Positions 39,164-48,242 of a stretch of DNA of 64,000 bases are shown piece after piece. The position numbers and the translations under genes were made by a program. Where the stretch lies: assembly GCA_937922655.1 (NCBI GenBank), contig CALAJH010000011.1:100257-164256 (forward strand), given 5' to 3'. The first letter of the stretch is position 1; every line of letters starts with the position of its first letter. Under the pieces are notes generated by a model. That model had not been told where the DNA came from. It was given only the letters and a program-made list of their open reading frames with translations, and made no database searches. This DNA is from an uncultured Bacteroidia bacterium. Lineage in GTDB: Bacteria > Bacteroidota > Bacteroidia > J057 > CALAJH01.

Positions 39164-40123
39164 TTATTTTTGAACCAAGATATCCACTGCGCAAGAGTTG
39201 GCGCCAAGCGACTTCACCCAAATAATACCGTGTTTACCCGTGGTAACGTTTTTGAAACCAAAGGTTTGGCCGGCGGCAATTTGAATGCGTTTACCGTTGG
39301 GATTGCCCGTGAATGTTGAAAGCGTACCCGAATCCACAATGGTGGCCAACGTATCTTGCGAGGCGCCGGAAAGTACGCTGTAATTGGGATTGCCGGGAAG
39401 GGTGTAAAAATTCGTTATTGTCGTGCAATCGAAAGGAATGGCGGCGGGAGCCCCGTAACCGTCATATTCGCTCGACGAACGATGGTTGGGATCGATGAAC
39501 GAGTGGGTGTCGAAGCTGGTGGAATAAAGATACGTCAAATCAATTTCCGACTTGCGTGCGTCGCCACCGGAAGCGTCAAGGGGCGCGTTTCCGTCTTTGG
39601 TTACAAAGAAGGCGTTGGTGTTCGTAAACGTGACCCCTTCAATGGCACGGGGTGTTTGAACCGGCGGAGGTCCGGGTTTTTTCTTAATCGTCAAGGTAAA
39701 GGAGGTCGAAGCGGTCTTGTTGTTTTTGTCGATGATGGTTACGGTGTAACGTTCGGTGTTGCCCGCTTCGGTTTGTGCGACACGGCTGCTAACGCTTACT
39801 TCGAAAGTATAAGCATCTTCACCGCTTTTGCCTACAAGCGTATCGAGAATGGCCAGCGCGGCTCCGCCGTCATAAGAGACGGTAATACGGAGTTTTTCCA
39901 GTTTTTTACCGTCCGGGCCTTTGGTGGCCGTTCCACAGATTTTGAAATTTTTTTGTTCGCCCTGGTTCAATTCAAAAGTTTGGTCGGAACCCAAACAATC
40001 GCCGGCGCTGCTAATCGTAATACGAGGGTTTTCGTCTTTTTCTCCGCCGCAAGAGCCCGCGTAAACCACTGCTCCAAGCGTCAATAGCACAATATAAAGT
40101 CGTGCTCTCAAAAGTACTTTCAT
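39164..40123 (-). CDS. Hypothetical lipoprotein (Ig-like, Thr/Gly-rich)
   Basis: Lipobox AGSC followed by GGEKDE; beta-rich; Pro-rich linker KKKPGPPP. Confidence 0.8.
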   Translation of the reverse strand: MKVLLRARLYIVLLTLGAVVYAGSCGGEKDENPRITISSAGDCLGSDQTFELNQGEQKNFKICGTATKGPDGKKLEKLRITVSYDGGAALAILDTLVGKSGEDAYTFEVSVSSRVAQTEAGNTERYTVTIIDKNNKTASTSFTLTIKKKPGPPPVQTPRAIEGVTFTNTNAFFVTKDGNAPLDASGGDARKSEIDLTYLYSTSFDTHSFIDPNHRSSSEYDGYGAPAAIPFDCTTITNFYTLPGNPNYSVLSGASQDTLATIVDSGTLSTFTGNPNGKRIQIAAGQTFGFKNVTTGKHGIIWVKSLGANSCAVDILVQK

Positions 40124-40382
40124 TTTACTGCTTTAACTTTTTAATCGGAATAATTTCCTGCCGCAAAGTTAAGCGCTTATGGCATTATCGTCCAAATTTT
40201 TCGAAAAAAAAATGTCGTTTCCAATTCATGAAGCCGCGCCGATTGCGTACGCTTGTCGATTCGGTCGTCTTTCGAATTGCCCTCGGCCGAAGCCGATGGC
40301 AATTGGCGGGTGCGGTTATTGAGTGCGAAAGGTTTGTCGTTATGGCGGCATTACCGGTTGAATGGAAACGCGCGAAGCCCGC

Positions 40383-40970
40383 TTACTTTGAGACGTCTCG
40401 GTGATAGCGTTGTTTGCGGTGTTTGTGGAAACGAGGAATGCCCGAAATCCGAAATTCGCCCATCGGCCAAAAGTTGTTTCTTGGTTTGACGATTTCTCCT
40501 TCGAAGGGATAAAGCGTTTCGTGGCGCCACATCACGCCGATTTGCGCCTCCATAAATATCGAATACAGCCTGTCCATCTTAAACTTGAAGCCGACCATTG
40601 CCATACCCAAATGAACCGCGCGGGTTTGAGGCACGTCGGCGGGTTGTTTGCGCAAAATATCGTTAAGCAACCAACCGTAATGGTAGTATACCGAGGCGAT
40701 GACCGGTCTTTCACGCAGGTAGGGTAGGCGGACGTTTCTTCGGCGGCTGAGTTCTTGCGTCAAGCCTGCGGATAGGTAAAACAATCCCGGTGCGAGTCTA
40801 AGCGAAGCGCCCCGCCAATGCAGGTCGAACGAGGGTTTGACGTAGGTGTGCACGCCGCCCACGCCCAAAGACGCACCCCAAAGCAGGGGCGGGCGTTTGA
40901 CGCCGACGATTTGGCCCCATGCCGTGCCGCTAATCAGCGCCGCCGCCCACATCCATGCGATTCGCCACAT
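40383..40970 (-). CDS. Exported hypothetical protein, possibly a small beta-barrel
   Basis: Signal peptide (AWG-Q); amphipathic strands; own TAGATTTG element at 40975-40982. Confidence 0.7.
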   Translation of the reverse strand: MWRIAWMWAAALISGTAWGQIVGVKRPPLLWGASLGVGGVHTYVKPSFDLHWRGASLRLAPGLFYLSAGLTQELSRRRNVRLPYLRERPVIASVYYHYGWLLNDILRKQPADVPQTRAVHLGMAMVGFKFKMDRLYSIFMEAQIGVMWRHETLYPFEGEIVKPRNNFWPMGEFRISGIPRFHKHRKQRYHRDVSK

Positions 40971-41379
40971 AATGCAAATCTACATACAATTTTTGGCTTG
41001 AATTTCACCCGCGTTGTTTTTTTTCGACAAAGCGGTTTTATTCTCGGGCGTAAAACAACTTGCCGCCTTACCCGGCCCAAGCCGAATTATAGGCCATATC
41101 CAAGTGAATGCGGCCTCAAACGATGGTCGGAGTTAAACCCGTAACGATGAAAAATCCGTGCCCATTAAAAAGCAACGATTAACGTTAAATAATTTACATG
41201 GGGAGATACATTTTATCATCAACGATTGGTTTAACGTTACCGCCCATCGCATTCAAATGGTCGCCGTCGCCCCGAATTACGCCGGCGCGATATTGAGGCG
41301 GCGGCTTTTTCCGTTAGGGACTTTGAGGAGCGGCCGCTATGGAACACACAACGGAAAGGCTTATCCATCCTCATGGTTT

Positions 41380-41730
41380 TTAGTATTCCGTTGGGATAAA
41401 AGGCGGTAAGTGTTCGGACGGGTCCCAGAATACTTCTTGAAAATTTAGAACTTGGTCGTTTTCTATGGTTATCCCCTCGCTCCGTAACAAATCGGCCATA
41501 CGGGTCGGCGACCCAAAATGGACTTTACCCGTCAGCAGACCGTTTCGATTGACGACACGGTGTGCGGGTATGCCGTGGAAAGGGGATTGATTGAGCGTTG
41601 TCAAGGCGTAGCCCACCATGCGTGCGCCGGATTTGAGGCCCAAGTATTTGGCAATCGCCCCGTAGCTGGTTACTTTTCCATGCGGAATACGGCGGGTAAC
41701 CTCATAAACCGCGTAATAATAGCTTTTCAC
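41380..41730 (-). CDS. Alkyltransferase-like protein (ATL, MGMT family without catalytic Cys)
   Basis: IPHGKVTSYGAIA, ARMVGYAL, PAHRVV in place of PCHRV, LRSEG. Confidence 0.9.
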   Translation of the reverse strand: MKSYYYAVYEVTRRIPHGKVTSYGAIAKYLGLKSGARMVGYALTTLNQSPFHGIPAHRVVNRNGLLTGKVHFGSPTRMADLLRSEGITIENDQVLNFQEVFWDPSEHLPPFIPTEY

Positions 41731-42467
41731 AAAAACAAGGATTTAAGTTCTTGGACAAAACGGGGATTGGGATGTTCGAGAGCGGTGCCAATGACGAGAA
41801 CGTCCGCTCCCGCTTTGAGTATTGCTTCGGCTTTGTGCGCGTTGTCGATTCCTCCGCCGACAATCAACGGCAAATCTATCGTTTGCGAAACGGCGGTTAT
41901 GGTCGGGGTTGGGAGAGGGGATTCGGCCCCACTGCCCGCGTCCATGTAAATGGTTTTCAAGCCGAGATATTGCCCGGCCAACGCCGTGTAAGCGGCCAAG
42001 GAAGGTTTGTTCGGGGGTAAGGGAGGGGTGGCGGTAATATAGCCGGCCGTGGTGGGGCGGCCCGTGTCAAAGAGCATGTATCCCGTAGGCACAATTTCCA
42101 TTTTGTTGTCAAGCGCCAGTTTTTTTACCATCGGCGCCGCCTCCACTTGTCTGCCAATAAGGTAATCGGCGTTGCGTCCGCTAATTAGGCTTAAAAACAA
42201 CAACGCGTCGGCGGGTACGATTTGTCTTACGTCTCCGGGAAAAAGAACAACGGGAAGGACGGTGCGTGTACGGACGCTTTGCACAAAGGCCGCCGTTTCC
42301 GTTTGATGCGTGTAACTTCCGCCTATAAAAACAAAAGCCGCACCCCCGCGATGAAAGTCTTCCAATCTTCGTGGAAGTTCGGCCAAGGATTCGTCCGGGT
42401 CGAGAAGCCCGGCCCACGCTTTGTTTTTTAGAGAGCGCAGGCTTTCAAAACGAGCGAGAACGCTCAC
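41727..42467 (-). CDS. Geranylgeranylglyceryl-phosphate synthase family (PcrB/GGGPS, group II)
   Basis: LLDPD, FIGGS, LFPG, LFLSLISGRNADYLIG, PTGYML, YMDAGSGA, IVGGGI, GADVLVIGT. Confidence 0.92.
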   Translation of the reverse strand: MSVLARFESLRSLKNKAWAGLLDPDESLAELPRRLEDFHRGGAAFVFIGGSYTHQTETAAFVQSVRTRTVLPVVLFPGDVRQIVPADALLFLSLISGRNADYLIGRQVEAAPMVKKLALDNKMEIVPTGYMLFDTGRPTTAGYITATPPLPPNKPSLAAYTALAGQYLGLKTIYMDAGSGAESPLPTPTITAVSQTIDLPLIVGGGIDNAHKAEAILKAGADVLVIGTALEHPNPRFVQELKSLFL

Positions 42468-42865
42468 GGTTTCGGTCGTTGCTCCAAATATTGGGTAAGT
42501 AATTTTTTCATGTAGTGTAATAAAAACAGCTTCATCGCTTCAACGGCGAGCGTTGACAAAAGCGATGGGCGTGAAGAGCGCACCGTAACGGCGCCGGCGG
42601 ACGTGGTTATTTTTCGGCTTTTTCGCCTTCCCGAAACCAGACGTATAATCACATAGCTTATCAAGATGCCTCCGGCAACGAAATAAGTGCGTCGGTCGGA
42701 AAGCAGTCGCATACCCGCGATTTTAAGATTGTCTCCGATACGTTTAAAATTCGTTTGTTTCATATAAAAATGGACTTCTTGGCGAATGAGGTCTTGATAG
42801 CGTTCGGCACGGGTTTTGGCGTCTTCGATGAGTGCGTTTACCCCGCCCGTTTCCGTGGTGGACAT
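42464..42865 (-). CDS. Hypothetical membrane protein
   Basis: One TM segment; 4-bp overlap with GGGPS; probable ATG at 42865. Confidence 0.65.
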   Translation of the reverse strand: MSTTETGGVNALIEDAKTRAERYQDLIRQEVHFYMKQTNFKRIGDNLKIAGMRLLSDRRTYFVAGGILISYVIIRLVSGRRKSRKITTSAGAVTVRSSRPSLLSTLAVEAMKLFLLHYMKKLLTQYLEQRPKP

Positions 42866-42918
42866 TCCTTGGAAGGATTTTGAGGTCAAAGTTAGTGAAA
42901 GTCCATGAAATTGGCAAA

Positions 42919-43407
42919 TTATTGGTCTCTTCCCGCGCGCGGCGGGCCTTCGATTTCGTGTATCGCTTCGGTGGGCGACTTGCCGCCGTAAACCACGCCC
43001 ATGAAGCCTTTCATGTAATTGTCAAGTGTGCCGATGTTGGTGTGAATTAAGCACGAGAGGTCTCCGTCGCCGGGCGGGTGGTCGTAAGTCGTCATCGACG
43101 TTTTGAAACGTACCTCCCCGTCGCTGAAATCCATTTCAAAATTGCCGATGTTCATGCCGTAGTTGGCACGGGTGATAAACTCCGAAATTGCATGTCGTTT
43201 GTCGAAAGGGATGTAATTGGGCAAAACGGAATACAAACAAACAAAATTTCGACTTTCGTCGGCGATAAGCGTACAATAGTATTTGCCGTTTTCGCAAGAA
43301 ATGGGAAAGCGCATCGTTTTTTCGTCGCTGACGACGTAGTTCCAACCGAGCTTGTCGAGATATTCCATGACAACTTCGAGCAGAGCGGAAGGGGTTATGT
43401 CTTGCAT
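42919..43407 (-). CDS. YbjN-domain protein
   Basis: ISEFITRANYGMNIGNFEMDFSDGEVRFKT is typical of the YbjN family. Confidence 0.85.
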   Translation of the reverse strand: MQDITPSALLEVVMEYLDKLGWNYVVSDEKTMRFPISCENGKYYCTLIADESRNFVCLYSVLPNYIPFDKRHAISEFITRANYGMNIGNFEMDFSDGEVRFKTSMTTYDHPPGDGDLSCLIHTNIGTLDNYMKGFMGVVYGGKSPTEAIHEIEGPPRAGRDQ

Positions 43408-43414
43408 GGCGGAA

Positions 43415-44191
43415 TTATTGACCGGTTTTATGGAATTCCAAAATGCCGTCGCAAATGCCGGCGGCGACGTACTGTTGGCCTTCCTTGCTGTTGAGAAATT
43501 TTTCGTCGTTGGCGTTGGAAAGAAAGCCGGTTTCTACGAGTACCGAGGGCATCGTTGTTTTCCACAACACCATGAATCCGGCTTGTTTGACCCCTCGGCT
43601 TTTTCGGCCGGAAGATTTTTCGATGTGGGTTTCGATTTTTTCGGCAAGTGCAAGGCTTTGACGAAGCGAGGCGTGCTGATGAAGTTTAAAAATAATGTAG
43701 GCGTCGTGGCTTTTGGGGTCGAAGCCGTCGTATTTTTCTTTGTGGTTGTGTTCCATGAGGATGGAGGCGTTTTCCGCCTTCATCACCTCAAAGTTTTCAT
43801 CGGACTTGTGCACCCCCATCGCGTAGGTTTCGGAGCCGCAGGCGGCTTTGTTGGGATTGGAATTGCAATGAATGGAAACGAAGAGGTCGGCTTTTTTTTG
43901 ATTGGCGAGTTCGGCGCGTTCCTGAAGACCGACGAAAGCGTCGTCTCCCCGGGTGAGTTCAACCTTGACGGATTTTTGTTGGAGCAGATTTTTAACTTTC
44001 AACGCCACTTGGAGCGCAAGGTCTTTTTCTTTGGCGACGGCTCCGAGCGTACCGGGGTCTTTGCCCCCGTGCCCCGGGTCCAAGACCACCAGCTTTAGTC
44101 CCGCCCCCTTCGGACCCGATTCCACCCGAAACGACGCCGTCGTCAACGCCGTCGCGCTCAATAAAATCAAAACCCCTATCCTTTTTTTCAT
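43415..44191 (-). CDS. N-acetylmuramoyl-L-alanine amidase (Amidase_3)
   Basis: VVLDPGHGGKDPG, EKD, LTR, ADLFVSIHCNS, MPSVLVETGFLSN; signal peptide; start ATG 44191. Confidence 0.95.
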   Translation of the reverse strand: MKKRIGVLILLSATALTTASFRVESGPKGAGLKLVVLDPGHGGKDPGTLGAVAKEKDLALQVALKVKNLLQQKSVKVELTRGDDAFVGLQERAELANQKKADLFVSIHCNSNPNKAACGSETYAMGVHKSDENFEVMKAENASILMEHNHKEKYDGFDPKSHDAYIIFKLHQHASLRQSLALAEKIETHIEKSSGRKSRGVKQAGFMVLWKTTMPSVLVETGFLSNANDEKFLNSKEGQQYVAAGICDGILEFHKTGQ

Positions 44192-44295
44192 GTCGTTATT
44201 CAATGCAAACAACGCGCCAACGACTCAAAATATAATAAATGTTATGCGATACGTCGGTCGTATACGAAAAATCGAATGCGAAGGTTGCAAAAAAA

Positions 44296-45429
44296 TTAAT
44301 AGCTCGACAGCATTACGGGCATAAGAAGCATGAGCAGGTGTTCGTTGGCTTCTTGAACGTTGGGAAGGATGACGGCCGTGCGGCCCGGCGTATCCATTTC
44401 TAGCAAAACGTCTTCGGTTTCGGCGTTGGCGACGACTTCCTGCATGAGCGCGACATTGAATCCGATTTCCAAGTCCTCGCCCTCGTAGAGACAATTGAGG
44501 GTTTCGTTCGCTTGATTGACGCCGTCCAAGTCCTCCGCTTGAAGCGAGAGCAGGTTGCCTTCGAACTTAAACCGACCCATGTGCGTCGATTTGTTGGCGT
44601 AAATGGCCAAACGTTTGAGTGTTGAAACGATGTCTTTTTTTCCGACGATGGCGCGATTCGGACTCGATTGCGGAATAATGGGTTCAAAGTCGGGAAATGT
44701 CGCGTCAATCATTCGGCAAGCCAAAACCATATTGCCGAATTTGAAAAGCGCCGCCGTTTTGTTGTACTCCATGTTTATCACTTCGTCGGCCAAATATTCG
44801 GCCAACGACGCGCTCGTCAGCAGTTTCAAGGCCTTTTGCGGCAAGGTGAAACGGACGGGTTTTTCCACCGTAACGTCGAAACGGCGGTAACGCGAAAGCC
44901 GGTGCGCATCGGTGGCGGCAAACGTCGTATATTCGGGACGAAAATCGAAGTTCACCCCCGTCATGGCGGGTTTGAGTTCGTCGGTCGTGCAACAGAATAT
45001 CGTTTTGCCAATGGCTTTGACCAGCGCCGAAGCCGCTATTTTTATGGCTTCGGCATTTTCTATTGGCGGTAGGCTGGGAAAATCCGCACCTTTGTGGGCG
45101 CTGATGGCGTATTCGCCGTTGTCGGTAACAATTTTTACCGTCTGTTCGCCGTCGAAATGAAAACGCAACGGCTGTTCCGGCAACGCTTTAATCGTCTCCT
45201 GCAATATCTTGGCGGGAATGACGGCGTCGAATTGCGCTCCGGTTTCCGCCTCCACCGACAACGACGTTTGAATCGTGATTTCGATGTCCGAACCCGTCAA
45301 TATCAGACGGTTGCCATCCAACTTGAAATGTATCCCCGTAAGCACCGCCAAAACCGATTTGGCCGGCACCACCCCCGAAACCGCATTCAAATGCTTTTGC
45401 AGTTCGCCCGATGAAACGATGAAATTCAT
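44296..45429 (-). CDS. dnaN: DNA polymerase III beta sliding clamp
   Basis: GSDIE, PAK, DFP, PAMTGV, AATDAHRL, RMIDATFPDF, IGFN, terminal LLMPV. Confidence 0.97.
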   Translation of the reverse strand: MNFIVSSGELQKHLNAVSGVVPAKSVLAVLTGIHFKLDGNRLILTGSDIEITIQTSLSVEAETGAQFDAVIPAKILQETIKALPEQPLRFHFDGEQTVKIVTDNGEYAISAHKGADFPSLPPIENAEAIKIAASALVKAIGKTIFCCTTDELKPAMTGVNFDFRPEYTTFAATDAHRLSRYRRFDVTVEKPVRFTLPQKALKLLTSASLAEYLADEVINMEYNKTAALFKFGNMVLACRMIDATFPDFEPIIPQSSPNRAIVGKKDIVSTLKRLAIYANKSTHMGRFKFEGNLLSLQAEDLDGVNQANETLNCLYEGEDLEIGFNVALMQEVVANAETEDVLLEMDTPGRTAVILPNVQEANEHLLMLLMPVMLSSY

Positions 45430-45519
45430 GTGCTTTGTTTTTGTCCCAACGACCGTTGGAAATCGAACGCGAAACTAAGCCAAATACGCCGAAATCCGGG
45501 GTAGAATTTTTCTACCGTC

Positions 45520-45528
45520 TGTGTATAA
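45520..45528 (-). promoter_or_regulatory. DnaA box (TTATACACA) upstream of dnaN
   Basis: Exact TTATNCACA match about 90 nt upstream of the dnaN ATG, next to the inverted repeat GGTAGAA-TTT-TTCTACC (45500-45516). Confidence 0.55.
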
Positions 45529-45605
45529 AAAACAATTATCGACGATATTCAAGACTTTGAATTCTTTGCAACACAGCCCAAGCTTGCCCCGTCCCCGAAC
45601 GCGGC

Positions 45606-45733
45606 TTAGCCGGGGTCGGGATTCGCCGGCGGCATTGCCTCCGCATAACAATACTTGCACCTTGGGACGCTTTGTCGCAACCCGTCGTGGGATTCCATGT
45701 TTTCTGCGTCCATTCAATTCTGCCGTCGGCCAT
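45606..45733 (-). pseudogene. DUF5131 (phage Gp37/Gp68-like radical-SAM-fold) N-terminal remnant
   Basis: MADGRIEWTQKTWNPTTGCDKASQG, then after a 1-nt frameshift CKYCYAEAM, then a stop. Confidence 0.85.
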
Positions 45734-45769
45734 GGGCGAGTGTTATTCGTATAACGCCGTTAACGCCGT

Positions 45770-47215
45770 CTAAAATTTAAGGTAGACGAAAGGCAGGGTT
45801 TCCGCGGAACGCATTTGCCACACCAATATCACGGCCGCCGCTCCGGCCACGGCCACCGCCGGCCACGGCGCTTTTTCCACCCATTGCCACAAGCGTTTTT
45901 TGATGTTAGTGGGGAGAAAGTGTAGCGCGACGGCGGCAACGATGGCGGGAATCACCGCCGGTCCGTACGTTTCCCACCATTTCAACGCCGTCGCCCAATC
46001 GTGATCGGAGAATATTTTGGCATAAACCACCCCGGCGCTTTCCAAGCTCGGTGCGGCAAACAGGGGGTAGGTTAAAATTAGGAAAACCAACGTGGCGGCA
46101 TGCGACAGCGTTCGATAAATCGGATTTTTGCTCCACTTTCTTCGGTGTTTGGCCAACAGGGTTTCCATGGCGATGGCCAAGCCGTGCGCCAAGCCCCACA
46201 ACACGAACGTCCATGCGGGGCCGTGCCACAAACCGGACAAAGCAAAAGTGATTACGGCCGCCCCCGCCGCGCCCGTCGTTCCGGCGTTTTTCCATGCAAA
46301 CGAAAGCGGCTTGAAAACGTAGTCCCCGAACCATTGCGACAAAGAAATGTGCCACCGGCGCCAAAACTCCGAAACGCTCGCCGACTTGAACGGTTCATTA
46401 AAATTCGCCGCCAGTTTGTATCCCAACAGCCCGGCCAAACCCGTCGCCATGTCCGAATAACCCGAAAAATCGTTGAACAAATACAAGCCGTAAACAAGGG
46501 TGGCCGTCAGATTTTCCATACCCGAATATGTTTCCGGCGCGGCAAACACCCGGCAAACGAGATTGGCGGCAAGTACGTCCGCTATCGCCGTCTTTTTTAT
46601 CAACCCTATTACGAACAATCCACCAAATTTGGCGATCTCCGCTTGGGAAAGCGATACTTTGAGTCGCGACTCTTCCAGAAACGATTCCGCACGATGAATC
46701 GGTCCGGCCAACATCGCCGGAAAAAACGTTACGTAATGCAAATAATACCAATAGTTTTTTTCGGGCTTTTCTATCGTTTCGTAATAAACGTCGAAAACGT
46801 AGGATAAAGACTTGAAAATAAAAAACGACAAACCAATAGGCGCAAGAATTTCCCCCGCGCTTTGTCCCGTAAAAATTCCGGTCAAAAACCCGGCGTACTT
46901 AAAATAGGACAGCAGGCCCAAATCCACGGACAAGGCCAGTCCAAGCGTCAGTTTTTTTGTAAGCGCGGATTTGGTTAGATGGATGATTTGCGCGGCCAAG
47001 AAGTCGGTTAGGGCCACCGCCGCCGGTAAAAGCACGAAATACCCGGCATAAAAATAATAAAAGCCCAAACTTGCCGCCAAACAAAACGCCGTCCGCACCG
47101 CCGCCCAACGCGAAACGGCCGCATACAGCAAATAAAATACGCCAAAGCACGCCGCAAAAACGCCGCCCGTAAAAAATAAATTCGCGCCTGAAAACAATCG
47201 GACGAGCGCGTCCAT
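45770..47215 (-). CDS. MBOAT O-acyltransferase (AlgI/DltB-like)
   Basis: YFKY, PIGLSFFIF, FFPAMLAGPI, DFSGYSDMA, NFNEPF, FWRRWHISLS, GLWHG. Confidence 0.95.
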   Translation of the reverse strand: MDALVRLFSGANLFFTGGVFAACFGVFYLLYAAVSRWAAVRTAFCLAASLGFYYFYAGYFVLLPAAVALTDFLAAQIIHLTKSALTKKLTLGLALSVDLGLLSYFKYAGFLTGIFTGQSAGEILAPIGLSFFIFKSLSYVFDVYYETIEKPEKNYWYYLHYVTFFPAMLAGPIHRAESFLEESRLKVSLSQAEIAKFGGLFVIGLIKKTAIADVLAANLVCRVFAAPETYSGMENLTATLVYGLYLFNDFSGYSDMATGLAGLLGYKLAANFNEPFKSASVSEFWRRWHISLSQWFGDYVFKPLSFAWKNAGTTGAAGAAVITFALSGLWHGPAWTFVLWGLAHGLAIAMETLLAKHRRKWSKNPIYRTLSHAATLVFLILTYPLFAAPSLESAGVVYAKIFSDHDWATALKWWETYGPAVIPAIVAAVALHFLPTNIKKRLWQWVEKAPWPAVAVAGAAAVILVWQMRSAETLPFVYLKF

Positions 47216-48133
47216 CTATTTGACGACGACCGTTTTACGGGTCGCGCCTACGCCTTCAAAAACCCCCACCGCTCCTTTGACCGTCGAAAGCATTTGTGCA
47301 GGCTGGCCGAAAGGATTGAAGTTGGCGCCGACCGCGTCTTCCAGCGATTCGATGAACCGGTAATGGCTCGGGTTGATTCTTTCGATGGACACAACCAAAG
47401 CTTTTCCCTGCGGCCAATCGAAACCCGTGGCGATAAACAGCTTGCCGTTCGTTGCAATGTCGTCGGGAAACTCAACGGCCCGCAAAGAATCGCGGTTGCC
47501 CGGGTCGACGACAAAACGCCAATAGTCGGTTTGGCCCGGGTTGGGGTCGCGCCATTCGGCTTGGATGGAAAACAGGTCTTTTTTGTCTTGTTTAAAATAG
47601 ACGGTGTCTATCGCCACGGGGGGCAATATTTGCGTGGCGCCCGTAACGTGAAAGTCCCGCCAACGAATGGACAAGTCTATCGGACGATTGAAAAAATCGT
47701 TGGGCAACGGCCGCGAGCTTACGTATTCCGCCAAGTAATTCAGACGGTTTTCCGCCAAAGCCTCTGCAATCTTGAAAATCGAAGGCGGGCTGTACCGGAG
47801 GGTGTCCGTAATGCCGTCGTAGCTCACGACGACTTGTGCGTCGGGAACCAAAAGCCGTTCGTTGAGGTAGGGAATGAGTTTGTCGTAAAAGGCCAAAACC
47901 TCCGCCACGGCGGTGGCCGAGTCGCGAAAGGCCGTCGTGTCGTAGTCGGGCAGACGAAAATCGTTTATCGGCACCGAACGCGAAAGCCAAAGCCGTACGG
48001 GTTCGCCGGCTTCGGGATAGCATTCGACGACGAGCGTCGGTTTGCCCGGCGGGATTTTGACGTTGATTTCTTGTTCGCGGAAACATCCCGTCAGCGCCAG
48101 CGTTGCGGCAATCCCCCAAAAAAGCGGTTTCAT
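47216..48133 (-). CDS. DUF4249-family lipoprotein
   Basis: Lipobox LTGC, LVVE, DP...DYW, NPFGQP..STVKGAVGVF; start ATG 48133. Confidence 0.8.
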   Translation of the reverse strand: MKPLFWGIAATLALTGCFREQEINVKIPPGKPTLVVECYPEAGEPVRLWLSRSVPINDFRLPDYDTTAFRDSATAVAEVLAFYDKLIPYLNERLLVPDAQVVVSYDGITDTLRYSPPSIFKIAEALAENRLNYLAEYVSSRPLPNDFFNRPIDLSIRWRDFHVTGATQILPPVAIDTVYFKQDKKDLFSIQAEWRDPNPGQTDYWRFVVDPGNRDSLRAVEFPDDIATNGKLFIATGFDWPQGKALVVSIERINPSHYRFIESLEDAVGANFNPFGQPAQMLSTVKGAVGVFEGVGATRKTVVVK

Positions 48134-48242
48134 GTTTGTTTGTCGAAAGTACGGTTGTTTTTTTAACGCACAAAATGGTCGGTGCGTTCCACGCATCCAC
48201 GTTTGGGCCGTCCGGAAAAAGACGGTCCAAACGCAGGCCTCG

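Noticed and set aside
45430-45769. Possible oriC next to dnaN
   Set aside because: Only one perfect DnaA box, no dnaA, no clear unwinding element, and part of the region is a DUF5131 remnant
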